Shown: piece by piece, positions 30,123 to 41,579 of the stretch
Position numbering within the stretch: the stretch's first letter is position 1
How the letters are laid out: each line of letters begins with the position of its first letter
The notes under the pieces: model-generated
Told to the model about the DNA's origin: nothing
The model's database searches: none
The model's input: the letters and a program-made list of their open reading frames with translations, nothing else
Made by a program: the position numbers and the translations under genes
IMG/VR virus record: IMGVR_UViG_3300006749_000011
Location: 1-64,000 of that record
Length of the DNA stretch: 64,000 nt
DNA from: a virus
Direction: 5' to 3' (one strand)

Positions 30123-33100
30123 TGTCAATTAAGAACTTATTTAATAATGATAAAAAAAGCAAAATCATTTCTGCCAATACAGTCCAATCAGCTTCGGTTG
30201 AAGTTGAGGGCGTAGAATTTGTAAAAACCAAAACTAAAGAAAAAAACAAGTTTGTTCCTCCCTTAGACTTTTCGACTGCTTCAAATTTTGCTAAATTTGG
30301 TTCCGCAAAGCTTTACTATGAGTATGGCTTTAAAAGAATATATCAACAATATCCTTATGATGGCACATTAGCAGAAAAACAAGCATTTGAATACAGTGGT
30401 AGTTATCTAGATACTTACATATTTGATAATCTTTATCCTCGAACCAATGGATACGTCAATTTTAATATTCTAACAGATGGTAAGATAACTGGTGGCTCTG
30501 TTAGTAATGGTTATTATCAAAGTGCTAACAATAAAGAGTATATTCAAATTCTTGGAGGTCCACATACTGCATCAGGTGGTATGACTGGTCTTAAATATCA
30601 TGACACTTTTGATGAGTCTACTCTTTACGACCCAACAAACAAAAGAGAAAACAACTTAAAAGTGGATTTGTTGACTGGTAATACGATTGAGTTTTGGTTA
30701 AAGAAAACAGGATATGATGTCTCTTTAGGACACAGAGAAGTTCTTTTTGACCTAACAGATCAAGAAAACAAAAGTTTACAATTATTTTTATCTGCTTCTG
30801 GGCATGACCACGCAGGTAGAAACGCTTTAAACATAAGATTCAAAGGAGTTGGGCCCCTAGCTATAGATGCTCCTTTAACTTTAGATTCTTATACAACAAA
30901 CTCTGTAGGCGACGGGAATTGGCATCACTATGCGGTCACTTTGAAAAGTAACTCTACTGACAAAGTAACAACCAAATTATTTATAGACTCTGTCTTGCAT
31001 AAAGAACAAGAAATAGCGTTTCCTGCTTCTGTATGGACTGAAATTGATTCAAACACATATGGTTTGTTGGCAACAATAGGAGCAGGAAGTGGTCACTATA
31101 TTCCAACAGGGAAAGGAGACGGACAGCTTTTTTCAGCCTCTGTAGATGAGTTTAGGTTTTGGAAATCAGAAAGAAATGGTAAACAAATAGGTCAAAACTG
31201 GTTTACTCCAATTGGTGGAGGTACGGATGACAGTTTAGACAACATTAACTTAGGTGTATACTTTAAATTTAACGAAGGTATAACCCTAACATCTTCCACA
31301 GATTCTACAATATTAGACTACTCTGGTCGTTTATCTAATGGAACGTTTGTGGGATATCACGCAGATACAAGAGAAACAGGTTCTGCTATAGTAGAATCGG
31401 GAGTAGTCACATCAGAATTTAAAGATCCTATTATATATTCTTATCACCCAGATGTTGTGTCAAAACAAGCTGAGCTAACCACAACAGGCTCTTTACAAGA
31501 CTATGAGAATACTTCATTGTTTTATCACTTGATGCCATCTTGGATTATCGAGGAAGACAAAGAAAATGGAAATTCTAATTTAGAATATTTATCACAGATA
31601 ATAGCTAGTTATTTTGATACTTTAAACGCTCAAATTTCCTATTCTAATAGGTTTAAAGACAAAAGGTACTATGGTCCTACCGTAAACAAAGATAGGCTCA
31701 CTGATGAGACATCTGTGACGTTTTCTGGTTCAATGAAACCAATGCCGTTTACAAATAAATTGTTAAGAGAACAAGGTTTTGTTTTACCTGAATTGTTTGT
31801 TGATGCTGACATTATTCAAGAGTTTAGAAAATATGACCAAAATCAAATTTACGAAAGAGATTTATCAGAGGTAAGAAATTTAATATATCAAAATCTCTAC
31901 AACAACTTAACAAACATATATAAATCAAAAGGTACTGAAAAATCATTTAGAAACTATCTCAAATGTTTTGGTTTAAATAGTGACTTGATTAAATTGAACT
32001 TATATGCCGATGGAGCAACGTACACTCTAAAAGACAATTATGAATTAAAAGCATTAGATACAAGAGTTTTAAACTTTGATCATGAAAACAATCATTCCGC
32101 AAACGTCTACATGAATACAGGCTCTGGTGATTTTGCCTACATCAAAGGAAATGTAAACACAGATACTATGCACAGTGCTTTTAGTATCGAATCGGAAGTG
32201 ATAATTCCTCAAAAACTTAAAGAAGACCATCCATCTTATACAAATAAATCATTTACCACATCCAGTATATTCGGTTTTCACCAAATAGATACAACTTCCG
32301 CCCCTTTTAATGATTATTACGGTGGTGCTCAACTAGATGCTCCAAATAAAAATATAAAAATTCTTTTAGCATCTACAACTAATCGTGACGAAAGTAAGTT
32401 TGTAATATCTGGTTCTGATAATTTATACTTAACCTCTTCAATAATAAAAAACGCCTATAGCAATTCAAAGTGGAACTTAGCTTTAAGAGTCAACAATTCT
32501 AAGTATCCTTATTCTCAACTGAATGGTACAGGAACACCAACTGTAGATGTTAGTTTCTATGGAATAGAGTTGGTGAATGGAGAGATTAATAATTATGTAA
32601 ATTTAACAGCTTCAAATATTACTGATGGTAGACAATACCTAACATCAAGCAAGAAGGTTTTTGTCGGAGCAGAAAAAGAAAACTTTTCTGGTAGTATTAT
32701 AAACCATTCTGACATTAAGATTGGAGATGTTAAGTATTGGCAATCTTACATCACAAATGAAGACTTGAAGCAACATGCACTGGATTTAGACAATTCAGGG
32801 TTTTTAAACCCTTATAGATCAGATAATATATTTACACTAGATAACCAGCATGTGCCAAAAATAGATACTTTGGCGTTCCACTGGAATTTTAATCAGAACA
32901 CAACAACAGATACAAATGCAGAAATGGAAGTGTTAGATATATCTTCTGGGTCTGCTAGCTTAATTAATAGATATAACTGGCTTAGTAACATAACAAAAAG
33001 AAAATATCACGGACTAGCTCATGGGTTTCCAGCTTCCTCTACCAATGTAATTGAAAAAACATACATCAGTACAGCTAAGAAAAAATCACCAAGCTCAGTC

Positions 33101-36100
33101 TACACTTCTGATATGGTAAAGATAGTAGACAATGAAAAGAAAAACTTTTTTCAAGATGATGATGTGTCTGACAATTTTTTCTCTTTTGAAAAGTCTATGC
33201 AAGCTGTTATAACTGATGATATATTAAATATTTTTGCATCTATAAAAGATTTTAATAATTTAATTGGGAACCCAATCAACAAGTATAGACCAAACTACAA
33301 AGAAATGCAAGCTTTAAGGTCTTTGTATTTTGAGCATATTGAAAATGAACCTGATCAAGAAAGGTTTTTTGAATTTTATAAGTGGATTGATTCTTCTGTT
33401 TCGTTCGGAATAAATCAATTATTACCAGCTTCCTCTAGATTCTCAGAAGGAATAAAAAACACTATTGAAAGTCACGTCCTAGAGAGAAACAAATATCAAC
33501 ATAAGTTTCCACTAGTCTCGCAAAAAACCTCTACTGAAGGTGTTATCAAATCTGTTAATGAACTTAAGTATAACTGGAAGCATGGTCATTCACCATTACA
33601 GACTAAAGCCACTGCCACAATTGTTGTCTCTAATGCTGGTGGTGTATTTAATGGAGATACATTTGTTTTAATAGACCCATCAGGGATTAGCACAACCTAT
33701 ACTGTAAATGGTGGTGTTGCACAAGCATCTGGTGGTGGTTCTGGTGGTTCTGCAACTGTTGGTTTTGCTGGTGTTGGTGGAGGAGTATCTGGAAAAATAG
33801 CAGCTGCATCTGCAATCGCTATAGCAATCAACGCCACAACAGATGCTAATTATACGGCTATCTCTAATGGTGTTGATACTGTAACTATTACACAGGGAGT
33901 ATTTGGCAATACAGGAAACAGAACAAATACTGATTCAATCTCAGGAGTAACTGTTTCTAACTTCACCGGTGGCAATAGCAAACATAATGAAAACTGTCTC
34001 TGGGATAGAAAACGAAGAGAAAGAGAAACAACAACAGCAGAAACTATTAGAAAAGCTATAAACACTACAAGTAAAGTAGAGAATAAGATACTTGCCGAGG
34101 TAGATGGTACTAGATATTTTTTAGAAGATGATTTAGAAAAAACAACAGCCAGAGTCCATCAAATAGAATTGATCAAAAGAAATACAATTCATGGTGGAAT
34201 AAATTATAGAAACAACAAAAATAGAGATTATTATTTAGAAAAAACCCACATTCACGGAAATATAAACTCAGAAGGTGTACCCGAAAATGTTTTGGTAGTT
34301 GGTGTAGGAGAAGGTCAAGGTTTAGATACCAATGTTTCTTGCCAAAGTGAAGTTGATTCTCGAAAAAAATACCACTGGGATTTCACAGCAATTGTCGGTA
34401 TGTTTTCAACTACAACTGGAGATCATCCTTTAGATGATTTATACTCTAGTAAAAGCTTAATCAAAGGACACTATGCTTTTCCGTTTAACTTTATATCGGG
34501 AAACATTAGCTCAGGGTACAACAGAGAAGTAAGTAGTAGTTACAGAGGTGATGTAATCTTAACCAACATTCACTCTGATACCACTTATCGCTCAAATGAT
34601 GTACCTATGCAAGGTCCATTTACTGAAAGACATGTTGGTGGATTACAGTCAAGACACCAACCAATTAACAGTTATAACTCTTCTAAAAATTCTATTAATA
34701 AAATAGATGATGCTTTATTAAGAGCTGAATCATTTTTAATATTAATTGGTGAGCATCCTGATGAGTCGATAACAGACGGTGCTTTAGGTATAACTGGTCC
34801 TGACTATGGAGGCCCTTATCCTGCTAAAAACCAACCTTTTGGAATAAGATATAGAAATCAAAGAGCTAAGCGACCATTAAATGTAAGAAACATTCAACAT
34901 AACACTTCTTCCAATATTGCTGGTAATTATAATAAAAATTATGAATTTTTTAGTTCTGTTGGAAGAAAAGAAAACAATTTTAGATTTAGATCAATTGAAG
35001 ACCAAGTTGATTTTGTAGAGCCAACTTTAAAAGCGGCATTGCCTCATACTAACGTGAACGCTTCTTTAGTTGCACAGAAAACAGGCGGAGATGGAAATGT
35101 GTTGTCCAGTAATTCAAACCGGTTTAATGACAACGTAAAGTCTCACTTAACACCAGAATTATCAACAGTCGAAGACAACAAGCCAACAAAATCAATAATA
35201 ACACAAAAGTTCTCAGCTCCTGGTGGGTTTGAAACAATGTCCAGAGTTTTTCTGGATGCTATAGATGGCGAGAGAAGTGTCTACAATGCTTTACCGTTTA
35301 GAAATTTGTCTGTAAGGTCGAGTGGTAGTGGAGAGTTTGTAGAAAATACAAGTCGTTCTTGGCTACCAAGCGATGACCACGACAGTACAGATCTTGCAAT
35401 TTGGCTATCGCAAGACTCTGGTTTGGTCGAAAACTCAGGAAGAGTTGACACTTGGACAGATAGACAAAATGGTGTTGTATTTCGAATGCAAGCTGGTAAC
35501 CACAATACATATAATACAGGCACAAACTCTCCCTCAATAGTATCAGCAGGATCGTATAATTTTATACGTTTTGATGCGTCAAACCATGAATTTCTAGCTG
35601 CAACCTTTGACAATTCTTTAATGAACCTCTATAATTCAGACTACTCTATTGTGGTTGTGTATAAAGCTTCTACATCAAATTCTCCACCAAGTGTTGGAGA
35701 TCTTCAGCAACAAGGCTCCAATATACGTAGAGGTCCTCTCTTAAACATTGGAGAAGACTTAGAACTATCTTTAATGGAGGATACACTTGGTAGTGGCTTT
35801 GACAACGCAATTATAATCGAAAACGAAACAAGTGCTACCTCATATCTTCAAAGTATAACGAAGGGAAGTGAATTTCAAGTTGTAATTTATGTATATAAAG
35901 ATGGAGGCGGAAGTAATTATGGATTCTTTGCTGATGGAAAAACATCAACAGTTTTGGAAGCTAGAGGCTTGTCCAACGACAATCCACAAACCCTAGTGCC
36001 TATGAGTCTTTTATCTTCTGATTCTAATGGAAGTACACCTAATATGAGAATAGGTAGAGATCCTGATTACGCATATGGCAATCAAACTCAACAATTTGAT

Positions 36101-36679
36101 TATGCATTTGGAGAGTTTGATTTAGTCGAAGTGATGCTCTTTAAAAAAGCTTTAGAAACAGATGAAAGGGAAAAGATAGAAGGTTACGTATCACACAAAT
36201 ATAGCATCGAATCTAACTTAGTTAGTGGCCACACCTATGAATCAAGTCCTCCACCCGGAATCGTTAGTACAGGCATAAACACTCCAAGAGTAAACTCTCA
36301 CAACAACAGAAGAGAAGGTCTAAGAACTCTCTTAACAAGACCTATGGGTAGGTTTGGAATTGACTCTCAATACGGAACAGTTACCGCTGAAACATACACA
36401 ACAGAGGCAAGCTTCCAGAAACAACACAGAAACAACAGATACAGTGTGTCTTCTTCAACAGAAGGTTACAATCCAATAAGTGATAATGCTTTTGTATCCA
36501 CACAAATACCAGCAACTGATTTACAATATTCTTGGACGGCTAAGTTAGCCAAAAACGAATATAGTATGACCGGAGGTCTCCATAACACCTTTAGATATGG
36601 AAATAAAACAGGTAAAGTGATAATTAATAATCAGGTAGAAAATATAATTAATTACCCAATATCATCATCTTTTGATTAA
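30122..36679 (+). CDS. Large baseplate wedge (gp7-like) protein with LamG-like domains
   Basis: TIEFW...WHHYAV...DEFRFW (LamG); IYKSKGT...FG wedge motif; second lectin-like domain near the C-terminus. Confidence 0.65.
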   Translation: MSIKNLFNNDKKSKIISANTVQSASVEVEGVEFVKTKTKEKNKFVPPLDFSTASNFAKFGSAKLYYEYGFKRIYQQYPYDGTLAEKQAFEYSGSYLDTYIFDNLYPRTNGYVNFNILTDGKITGGSVSNGYYQSANNKEYIQILGGPHTASGGMTGLKYHDTFDESTLYDPTNKRENNLKVDLLTGNTIEFWLKKTGYDVSLGHREVLFDLTDQENKSLQLFLSASGHDHAGRNALNIRFKGVGPLAIDAPLTLDSYTTNSVGDGNWHHYAVTLKSNSTDKVTTKLFIDSVLHKEQEIAFPASVWTEIDSNTYGLLATIGAGSGHYIPTGKGDGQLFSASVDEFRFWKSERNGKQIGQNWFTPIGGGTDDSLDNINLGVYFKFNEGITLTSSTDSTILDYSGRLSNGTFVGYHADTRETGSAIVESGVVTSEFKDPIIYSYHPDVVSKQAELTTTGSLQDYENTSLFYHLMPSWIIEEDKENGNSNLEYLSQIIASYFDTLNAQISYSNRFKDKRYYGPTVNKDRLTDETSVTFSGSMKPMPFTNKLLREQGFVLPELFVDADIIQEFRKYDQNQIYERDLSEVRNLIYQNLYNNLTNIYKSKGTEKSFRNYLKCFGLNSDLIKLNLYADGATYTLKDNYELKALDTRVLNFDHENNHSANVYMNTGSGDFAYIKGNVNTDTMHSAFSIESEVIIPQKLKEDHPSYTNKSFTTSSIFGFHQIDTTSAPFNDYYGGAQLDAPNKNIKILLASTTNRDESKFVISGSDNLYLTSSIIKNAYSNSKWNLALRVNNSKYPYSQLNGTGTPTVDVSFYGIELVNGEINNYVNLTASNITDGRQYLTSSKKVFVGAEKENFSGSIINHSDIKIGDVKYWQSYITNEDLKQHALDLDNSGFLNPYRSDNIFTLDNQHVPKIDTLAFHWNFNQNTTTDTNAEMEVLDISSGSASLINRYNWLSNITKRKYHGLAHGFPASSTNVIEKTYISTAKKKSPSSVYTSDMVKIVDNEKKNFFQDDDVSDNFFSFEKSMQAVITDDILNIFASIKDFNNLIGNPINKYRPNYKEMQALRSLYFEHIENEPDQERFFEFYKWIDSSVSFGINQLLPASSRFSEGIKNTIESHVLERNKYQHKFPLVSQKTSTEGVIKSVNELKYNWKHGHSPLQTKATATIVVSNAGGVFNGDTFVLIDPSGISTTYTVNGGVAQASGGGSGGSATVGFAGVGGGVSGKIAAASAIAIAINATTDANYTAISNGVDTVTITQGVFGNTGNRTNTDSISGVTVSNFTGGNSKHNENCLWDRKRRERETTTAETIRKAINTTSKVENKILAEVDGTRYFLEDDLEKTTARVHQIELIKRNTIHGGINYRNNKNRDYYLEKTHIHGNINSEGVPENVLVVGVGEGQGLDTNVSCQSEVDSRKKYHWDFTAIVGMFSTTTGDHPLDDLYSSKSLIKGHYAFPFNFISGNISSGYNREVSSSYRGDVILTNIHSDTTYRSNDVPMQGPFTERHVGGLQSRHQPINSYNSSKNSINKIDDALLRAESFLILIGEHPDESITDGALGITGPDYGGPYPAKNQPFGIRYRNQRAKRPLNVRNIQHNTSSNIAGNYNKNYEFFSSVGRKENNFRFRSIEDQVDFVEPTLKAALPHTNVNASLVAQKTGGDGNVLSSNSNRFNDNVKSHLTPELSTVEDNKPTKSIITQKFSAPGGFETMSRVFLDAIDGERSVYNALPFRNLSVRSSGSGEFVENTSRSWLPSDDHDSTDLAIWLSQDSGLVENSGRVDTWTDRQNGVVFRMQAGNHNTYNTGTNSPSIVSAGSYNFIRFDASNHEFLAATFDNSLMNLYNSDYSIVVVYKASTSNSPPSVGDLQQQGSNIRRGPLLNIGEDLELSLMEDTLGSGFDNAIIIENETSATSYLQSITKGSEFQVVIYVYKDGGGSNYGFFADGKTSTVLEARGLSNDNPQTLVPMSLLSSDSNGSTPNMRIGRDPDYAYGNQTQQFDYAFGEFDLVEVMLFKKALETDEREKIEGYVSHKYSIESNLVSGHTYESSPPPGIVSTGINTPRVNSHNNRREGLRTLLTRPMGRFGIDSQYGTVTAETYTTEASFQKQHRNNRYSVSSSTEGYNPISDNAFVSTQIPATDLQYSWTAKLAKNEYSMTGGLHNTFRYGNKTGKVIINNQVENIINYPISSSFD

Positions 36680-36696
36680 AATAATAAGGAAACATA

Positions 36697-39600
36697 ATGC
36701 CAACAGAAGCAATACACATCAATACAAACCTTGAACTTATTGATCCAATTGAAACCGATGAAGGTTCTTTTGGTGAATATAGTAATACTTTTGGTTTAGC
36801 GAATTACAAAGTACTTGTCGCACCAGCGCTTGCGGGATACATTGTAGCAAAACCAGTTCGAGAAAATAATGCAGATTTTGTAAGACTACCACTTCTTAAT
36901 ATAAAAAGAAATGGCCCTTATGGTTATCCTTCGTGGAAGCAAATACGAGCCGGAGAAAACAATATATCTAGAACACATAGAAAGAACAACATTTTGACTT
37001 TTGTTAATCATCCCGTAGAAAAAATTATAATTCAAAATGGCAAAAGACATGTTGTATCTCATCGAGACGACACAATTCAAGTTTATGACGAACCAGCTGT
37101 TGTTGCGAAACACAAGCCTTTAGAAATAATGTTATCAAGACCTCTGAGAGAAGGAGGGTCTCCATTTCCATTTTTAATTAAAGTTGATTACAACAATGGC
37201 TTAAACATGATGACAAACAAAGAAGTCAATGCTTATGCAAAAGCAATTACAAAAGAACCAGAGTCTTACAATAGCATCAAGAATATGTATCTAGATGGAG
37301 GTCTTCAAGACCCATCTTCACCAATTAGTGGATTTCACTATTTAAAATTTAATCAAACAGTATTTCCAGTAGAAAAAAGAACTTTTAAAGCAGAAAACAG
37401 GATCAGAGTGAGCATTCCAACAGGAGAATTTTGGAAAGACAGAAGGTATGAGAGATCGGCAAATACTGACAAAGAAGCAGTAACAGCTGATGGTTTTTGG
37501 TACAATGGTGAAAGAACAACTCGTAAAGTAAACAGTTCTGCTTGGCCATTGGATGTATCACAGACCTGGGCAACTAGAACCACAGCGCCTTTACTTGATA
37601 GCCAGCCATCTTTTTTCACTCAATCAAATTCCACAGGTATTGGTGGAGTTAACACTAGAGTTGATTTTGGTATTTTACAAAATAACTATAACATGATTGT
37701 TTCCGGAGGATTACAGATATCAGGACCATCAGACAATCTAGATGCATTAAATATAGCATATGGTGGCGCAACAAGAGCAGCACCACTATACAGTAGAAAA
37801 CACACAAGATTAGAGAGGCTTTCTGTTGTAGCACCCTCTGGTAGACGAGATTTAATTCCTGCTAATGACTTAGAGGCTGATGAAAGATATGCGGGAGAAG
37901 CCGCTTGGGATGCCCCTGCACAAGCTGGTAGGGGCCCTTTTGATGATAATGTAGAAGTTTTTACTCAACACACAAAAACAAAATATAAAAACTATGGTGT
38001 TGTTCCTGAATACAAAATCAATTCTCATATAGATTTTTATCTAGAAAATGGAATAAAAGCTCAAAACTTAGATTTATTTGAATTACCAGAAGGTGGACCT
38101 GGTGGACAAGAAACAGATGTTTCCTCTGAAGAGAATTTTTATAAAATATATTCCACATCCGATTTTTTAGAAAATTTTAATATAATAACAGAAGAACATA
38201 AAGGTTTTGCTGAACCTTCATCTATTAAATTAACCTGTAATGCAGTTTTAAAACTAATGCCTTACGACGGTTTTTACCCAGCTCAAAGATCAGTAGATCT
38301 AGCTCAGACCTTTTATGATTCTTATAAAGATAATATTAAATACCTTCAGATCAGTTCTACAGATGATAAAAGACTAAAGGACCCATTTGGAACTAGTTTG
38401 TACGGATATGATTATACAAAACCTTTTTTACAACCATTATTCTCACCAGGTGTTTTTTTTAATACAATAAAATCTGGCATAGCAGTAGACCATGCTATTC
38501 ATAATTCCAACCTACTTCAAATCCCAGCTGGAGACTCGAATGCTGCTGCCAGAAACCCAATATACAACGTAGGCACTGGTACAAAGCAAAATGCTTTTGT
38601 TTATAACTTCGCAGGTACAGTTACAGGCTCTCGCAATCAAGATTTGGATAGAATACCTTTTGAAGCTTTAGTTGAACCAGAAGAGTTTTTAAAAAATAAA
38701 CTTATATATCAACAAGAACCAAATCTTAGCGCTTCTATTGATATATTAAACGATGCATCACTAAGTACGACTGAGAAAGAGCAATCTGCTAAACCTATAA
38801 TTTGGGACGGTCAGGGAAAAATTAATTATAAAAAAATGATCAATAATTTTTTAGCTGAAACACCAGAATTTTTTCTAGAAAACAAAAACTTCACAACTTA
38901 CAAGTCGCTTAGACAGGATGATCCAAGCTTTGGTAACTTAAAAAGAAACGTCAAATATGCAATGAGAGTTGCAATAGCAAAATCTACTTTTGGTGGAAAA
39001 TTCAAAATATCGGGCTCGTCTGACGATCAAGAGCCACATGAAGTTCCTAGTATGACTTCGTTTTTAACTGGTGCATACACAAATGACCCAACAGATGACA
39101 ATGAATCAAAGATTATGGAAAATATAACTATGTACTCTAGACCATCAGCTTTCGGCCCTGACTTTCTTATGGCAGACATTAAGGACGATTGCACTACTGG
39201 TCATTATCAAGTCCACACTCCACCGTATTATGACGGAGCAGCTTGGACACACATTGAATTTACACCAACTGAAACAAAAAAATATACTAGTAAAGAAATA
39301 TTAGAGGGAAGTAGTATGTCTCACTATAGATATTCTTATATAATGCTTACCTCAAGTCTCGCTCAGGGTCATATCTATGGTATGGGTAAAACATTTCTTG
39401 AAGGTGTAACAACTTCAATAAACTTAGTTGCTATGCAAAATGATGCTAGCTTAAACATATTTAATATAGAGAGTAAAAACGAAGGAACAGTTCTTTTTAT
39501 TTCTTCAAGCCAAGGAGACAGTATTGAACAATCTGATTCCAGATTAACTATACAAACAAAATTTGAAACGCCAATACTAAACTTTAATAAATCCCATTTA

Positions 39601-40554
39601 CTTACAATCCCTCAAAAAGGTTCCGGTTCGGTTCCGCGTGGGATGTGGCATCAATTTGGTTCTATACCAAAAAAAGACGAACTAATATCCCTAGAGATAT
39701 CCGACATACCGTCTGAGTGGTATGATCAAGCAGCAGGAGCAAAGGGTGGTGGTACTAGTGCCGAGTCTCTCGCAGACGCTCTTGGCTTTGAAAAAAGTCG
39801 AAGAAGGCTTGGAGAGTTAGCAAAAAGCAAAAAAATAAAAGAAGCTGTTGTTGCTGTTCCTTTTTATGACCAAGGAGCAGAAAGAAAGTTTTTTAGAATA
39901 CCAAGAACAGACATAGATAATGCGATAGGAAATAACGAACAACAAAAACTAGTTGGCTCTACTGTGCTCGATATGGTGAACAAGATGAAACAGTACAACT
40001 TTCCTCCATCAATGGATTTTCTAACGTATAACAATGTAGATCCTTTTGCAATGTATATATTTGAATTTGAGCATGTTTTATCTAGACAAGATTTGTCATA
40101 TATTTGGCAAAATTTACTACCAGATATTGGCATGCAACACAAAGAGGCGTCTGCTACTATTACACACGAACTACTAGCTCATGAGCTTTTAGGTGGTGGT
40201 TCTAAAGTTGTTAACACCGGTGGAGGAAAAGTACTAGACATATCTGCTAAAGGAAAAGACTTTAATCCTGAGATACGTTGGATGGTTTTTAAAGTAAAAT
40301 TTAAAGCTAAGCACGATTACTACGAAAAAATAATAGGTAAAAGGTCTAAGCTTGACGTAACAACGGCTAACATAAATTACAATTGGCCTTATGATTTCTT
40401 TTCTCTTGTAGAACTAGTTAAATTAGACGCATCTGTCGAGTTATCTCAAATTGAACAAGATGAGAAAACTGGTGTAAGAAAACTTAAACCCGTAAACTCT
40501 CCAAACCCGATGCCTGTTACAAGAAACTTTAGAAATGGAATTAAGAAAAAATGA
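36697..40554 (+). CDS. Large putative structural protein
   Basis: 1285-aa ORF with AAGGA RBS in the tail module. Confidence 0.55.
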   Translation: MPTEAIHINTNLELIDPIETDEGSFGEYSNTFGLANYKVLVAPALAGYIVAKPVRENNADFVRLPLLNIKRNGPYGYPSWKQIRAGENNISRTHRKNNILTFVNHPVEKIIIQNGKRHVVSHRDDTIQVYDEPAVVAKHKPLEIMLSRPLREGGSPFPFLIKVDYNNGLNMMTNKEVNAYAKAITKEPESYNSIKNMYLDGGLQDPSSPISGFHYLKFNQTVFPVEKRTFKAENRIRVSIPTGEFWKDRRYERSANTDKEAVTADGFWYNGERTTRKVNSSAWPLDVSQTWATRTTAPLLDSQPSFFTQSNSTGIGGVNTRVDFGILQNNYNMIVSGGLQISGPSDNLDALNIAYGGATRAAPLYSRKHTRLERLSVVAPSGRRDLIPANDLEADERYAGEAAWDAPAQAGRGPFDDNVEVFTQHTKTKYKNYGVVPEYKINSHIDFYLENGIKAQNLDLFELPEGGPGGQETDVSSEENFYKIYSTSDFLENFNIITEEHKGFAEPSSIKLTCNAVLKLMPYDGFYPAQRSVDLAQTFYDSYKDNIKYLQISSTDDKRLKDPFGTSLYGYDYTKPFLQPLFSPGVFFNTIKSGIAVDHAIHNSNLLQIPAGDSNAAARNPIYNVGTGTKQNAFVYNFAGTVTGSRNQDLDRIPFEALVEPEEFLKNKLIYQQEPNLSASIDILNDASLSTTEKEQSAKPIIWDGQGKINYKKMINNFLAETPEFFLENKNFTTYKSLRQDDPSFGNLKRNVKYAMRVAIAKSTFGGKFKISGSSDDQEPHEVPSMTSFLTGAYTNDPTDDNESKIMENITMYSRPSAFGPDFLMADIKDDCTTGHYQVHTPPYYDGAAWTHIEFTPTETKKYTSKEILEGSSMSHYRYSYIMLTSSLAQGHIYGMGKTFLEGVTTSINLVAMQNDASLNIFNIESKNEGTVLFISSSQGDSIEQSDSRLTIQTKFETPILNFNKSHLLTIPQKGSGSVPRGMWHQFGSIPKKDELISLEISDIPSEWYDQAAGAKGGGTSAESLADALGFEKSRRRLGELAKSKKIKEAVVAVPFYDQGAERKFFRIPRTDIDNAIGNNEQQKLVGSTVLDMVNKMKQYNFPPSMDFLTYNNVDPFAMYIFEFEHVLSRQDLSYIWQNLLPDIGMQHKEASATITHELLAHELLGGGSKVVNTGGGKVLDISAKGKDFNPEIRWMVFKVKFKAKHDYYEKIIGKRSKLDVTTANINYNWPYDFFSLVELVKLDASVELSQIEQDEKTGVRKLKPVNSPNPMPVTRNFRNGIKKK

Positions 40555-41579
40555 GTTTTTTCAATAAAAAAGAAGATGTCCTCCACATAGAATTAACGCC
40601 ATACGGAAGGCACTTGCTTTCTCTTGGAAAACTAATGCCGGACCATTATCGCTTTTTTGATGATGATATAATGTACAATTCAAATCACATACCAGCTGGT
40701 GGCTTCAGTGAAAACCAGAATGATGCACATGGTAGGATATTAAATGATACTCCTAAAATAAAACCAAATGGTAATTTTAAAGGTGTAGAAAGTGATATAA
40801 ATAAATTAAATAGTGATGAAATTGAAGGCTATGAAGTAGGCAAGGACCTTAGAAATTATAGAAAAGAAAATAATGAAATACATATAAATAAATTACCCTA
40901 TTCTATGGGAAGTATCAAATACGACCAAATACAGACCCCTGCCTTGAAAATTGATATGTTTAACGGTGAAATTTCAGATTCAACTGATAAGTTTTTAACA
41001 GGCTCTAACAACCATGTCATCAACATACCACAAATAGAAATTGATGTTGAATGGAATTACTCTGTTGTAGAAACTCAAAATGCCTCTTTAGTGTCCAATA
41101 TTAACAATATAAAGTCCGTTTACAAGACAGAAGAGGTAGGAGGGCAAGTTGTAAAAATAATGCCTGAAATACCCATTATTAGAACTAAAATGGAAGGCGC
41201 CTTTGACGTAAAAGATAGCTTCTATATAACTGCGTATATGTGTGAAGAACTTGACGGTGAAATTGTATATAATAAATTAAAAAGAACACCGGTTGGCAAT
41301 TACATAAAAGATGATATGTTGGTTCTTAATGAAATGGAGTTAAACAACGATTTTTTATCAGATGGAGATATAAATCCGGATTATTTAGAACACTACCTTA
41401 GTATTGTCACAGATCGTTTAATACCAAACGAAGATTTGTGTGCTACGGTTGGAGAACTTGAGGTAAAAAATATATACTTAGATGAAAAGCTTGATTGCGA
41501 AGACTACCAAGGTGATGACCTCACACTTAATCCATACGCCTCTAGAGTAACTTTAGATGACCTTAAGGGAGAGTGCTAA
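40551..41579 (+). CDS. Putative baseplate/tail protein
   Basis: LTPYGR..L...FFDDDI.Y N-terminus resembles that of 46753..47703. Confidence 0.5.
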   Translation: MSFFNKKEDVLHIELTPYGRHLLSLGKLMPDHYRFFDDDIMYNSNHIPAGGFSENQNDAHGRILNDTPKIKPNGNFKGVESDINKLNSDEIEGYEVGKDLRNYRKENNEIHINKLPYSMGSIKYDQIQTPALKIDMFNGEISDSTDKFLTGSNNHVINIPQIEIDVEWNYSVVETQNASLVSNINNIKSVYKTEEVGGQVVKIMPEIPIIRTKMEGAFDVKDSFYITAYMCEELDGEIVYNKLKRTPVGNYIKDDMLVLNEMELNNDFLSDGDINPDYLEHYLSIVTDRLIPNEDLCATVGELEVKNIYLDEKLDCEDYQGDDLTLNPYASRVTLDDLKGEC

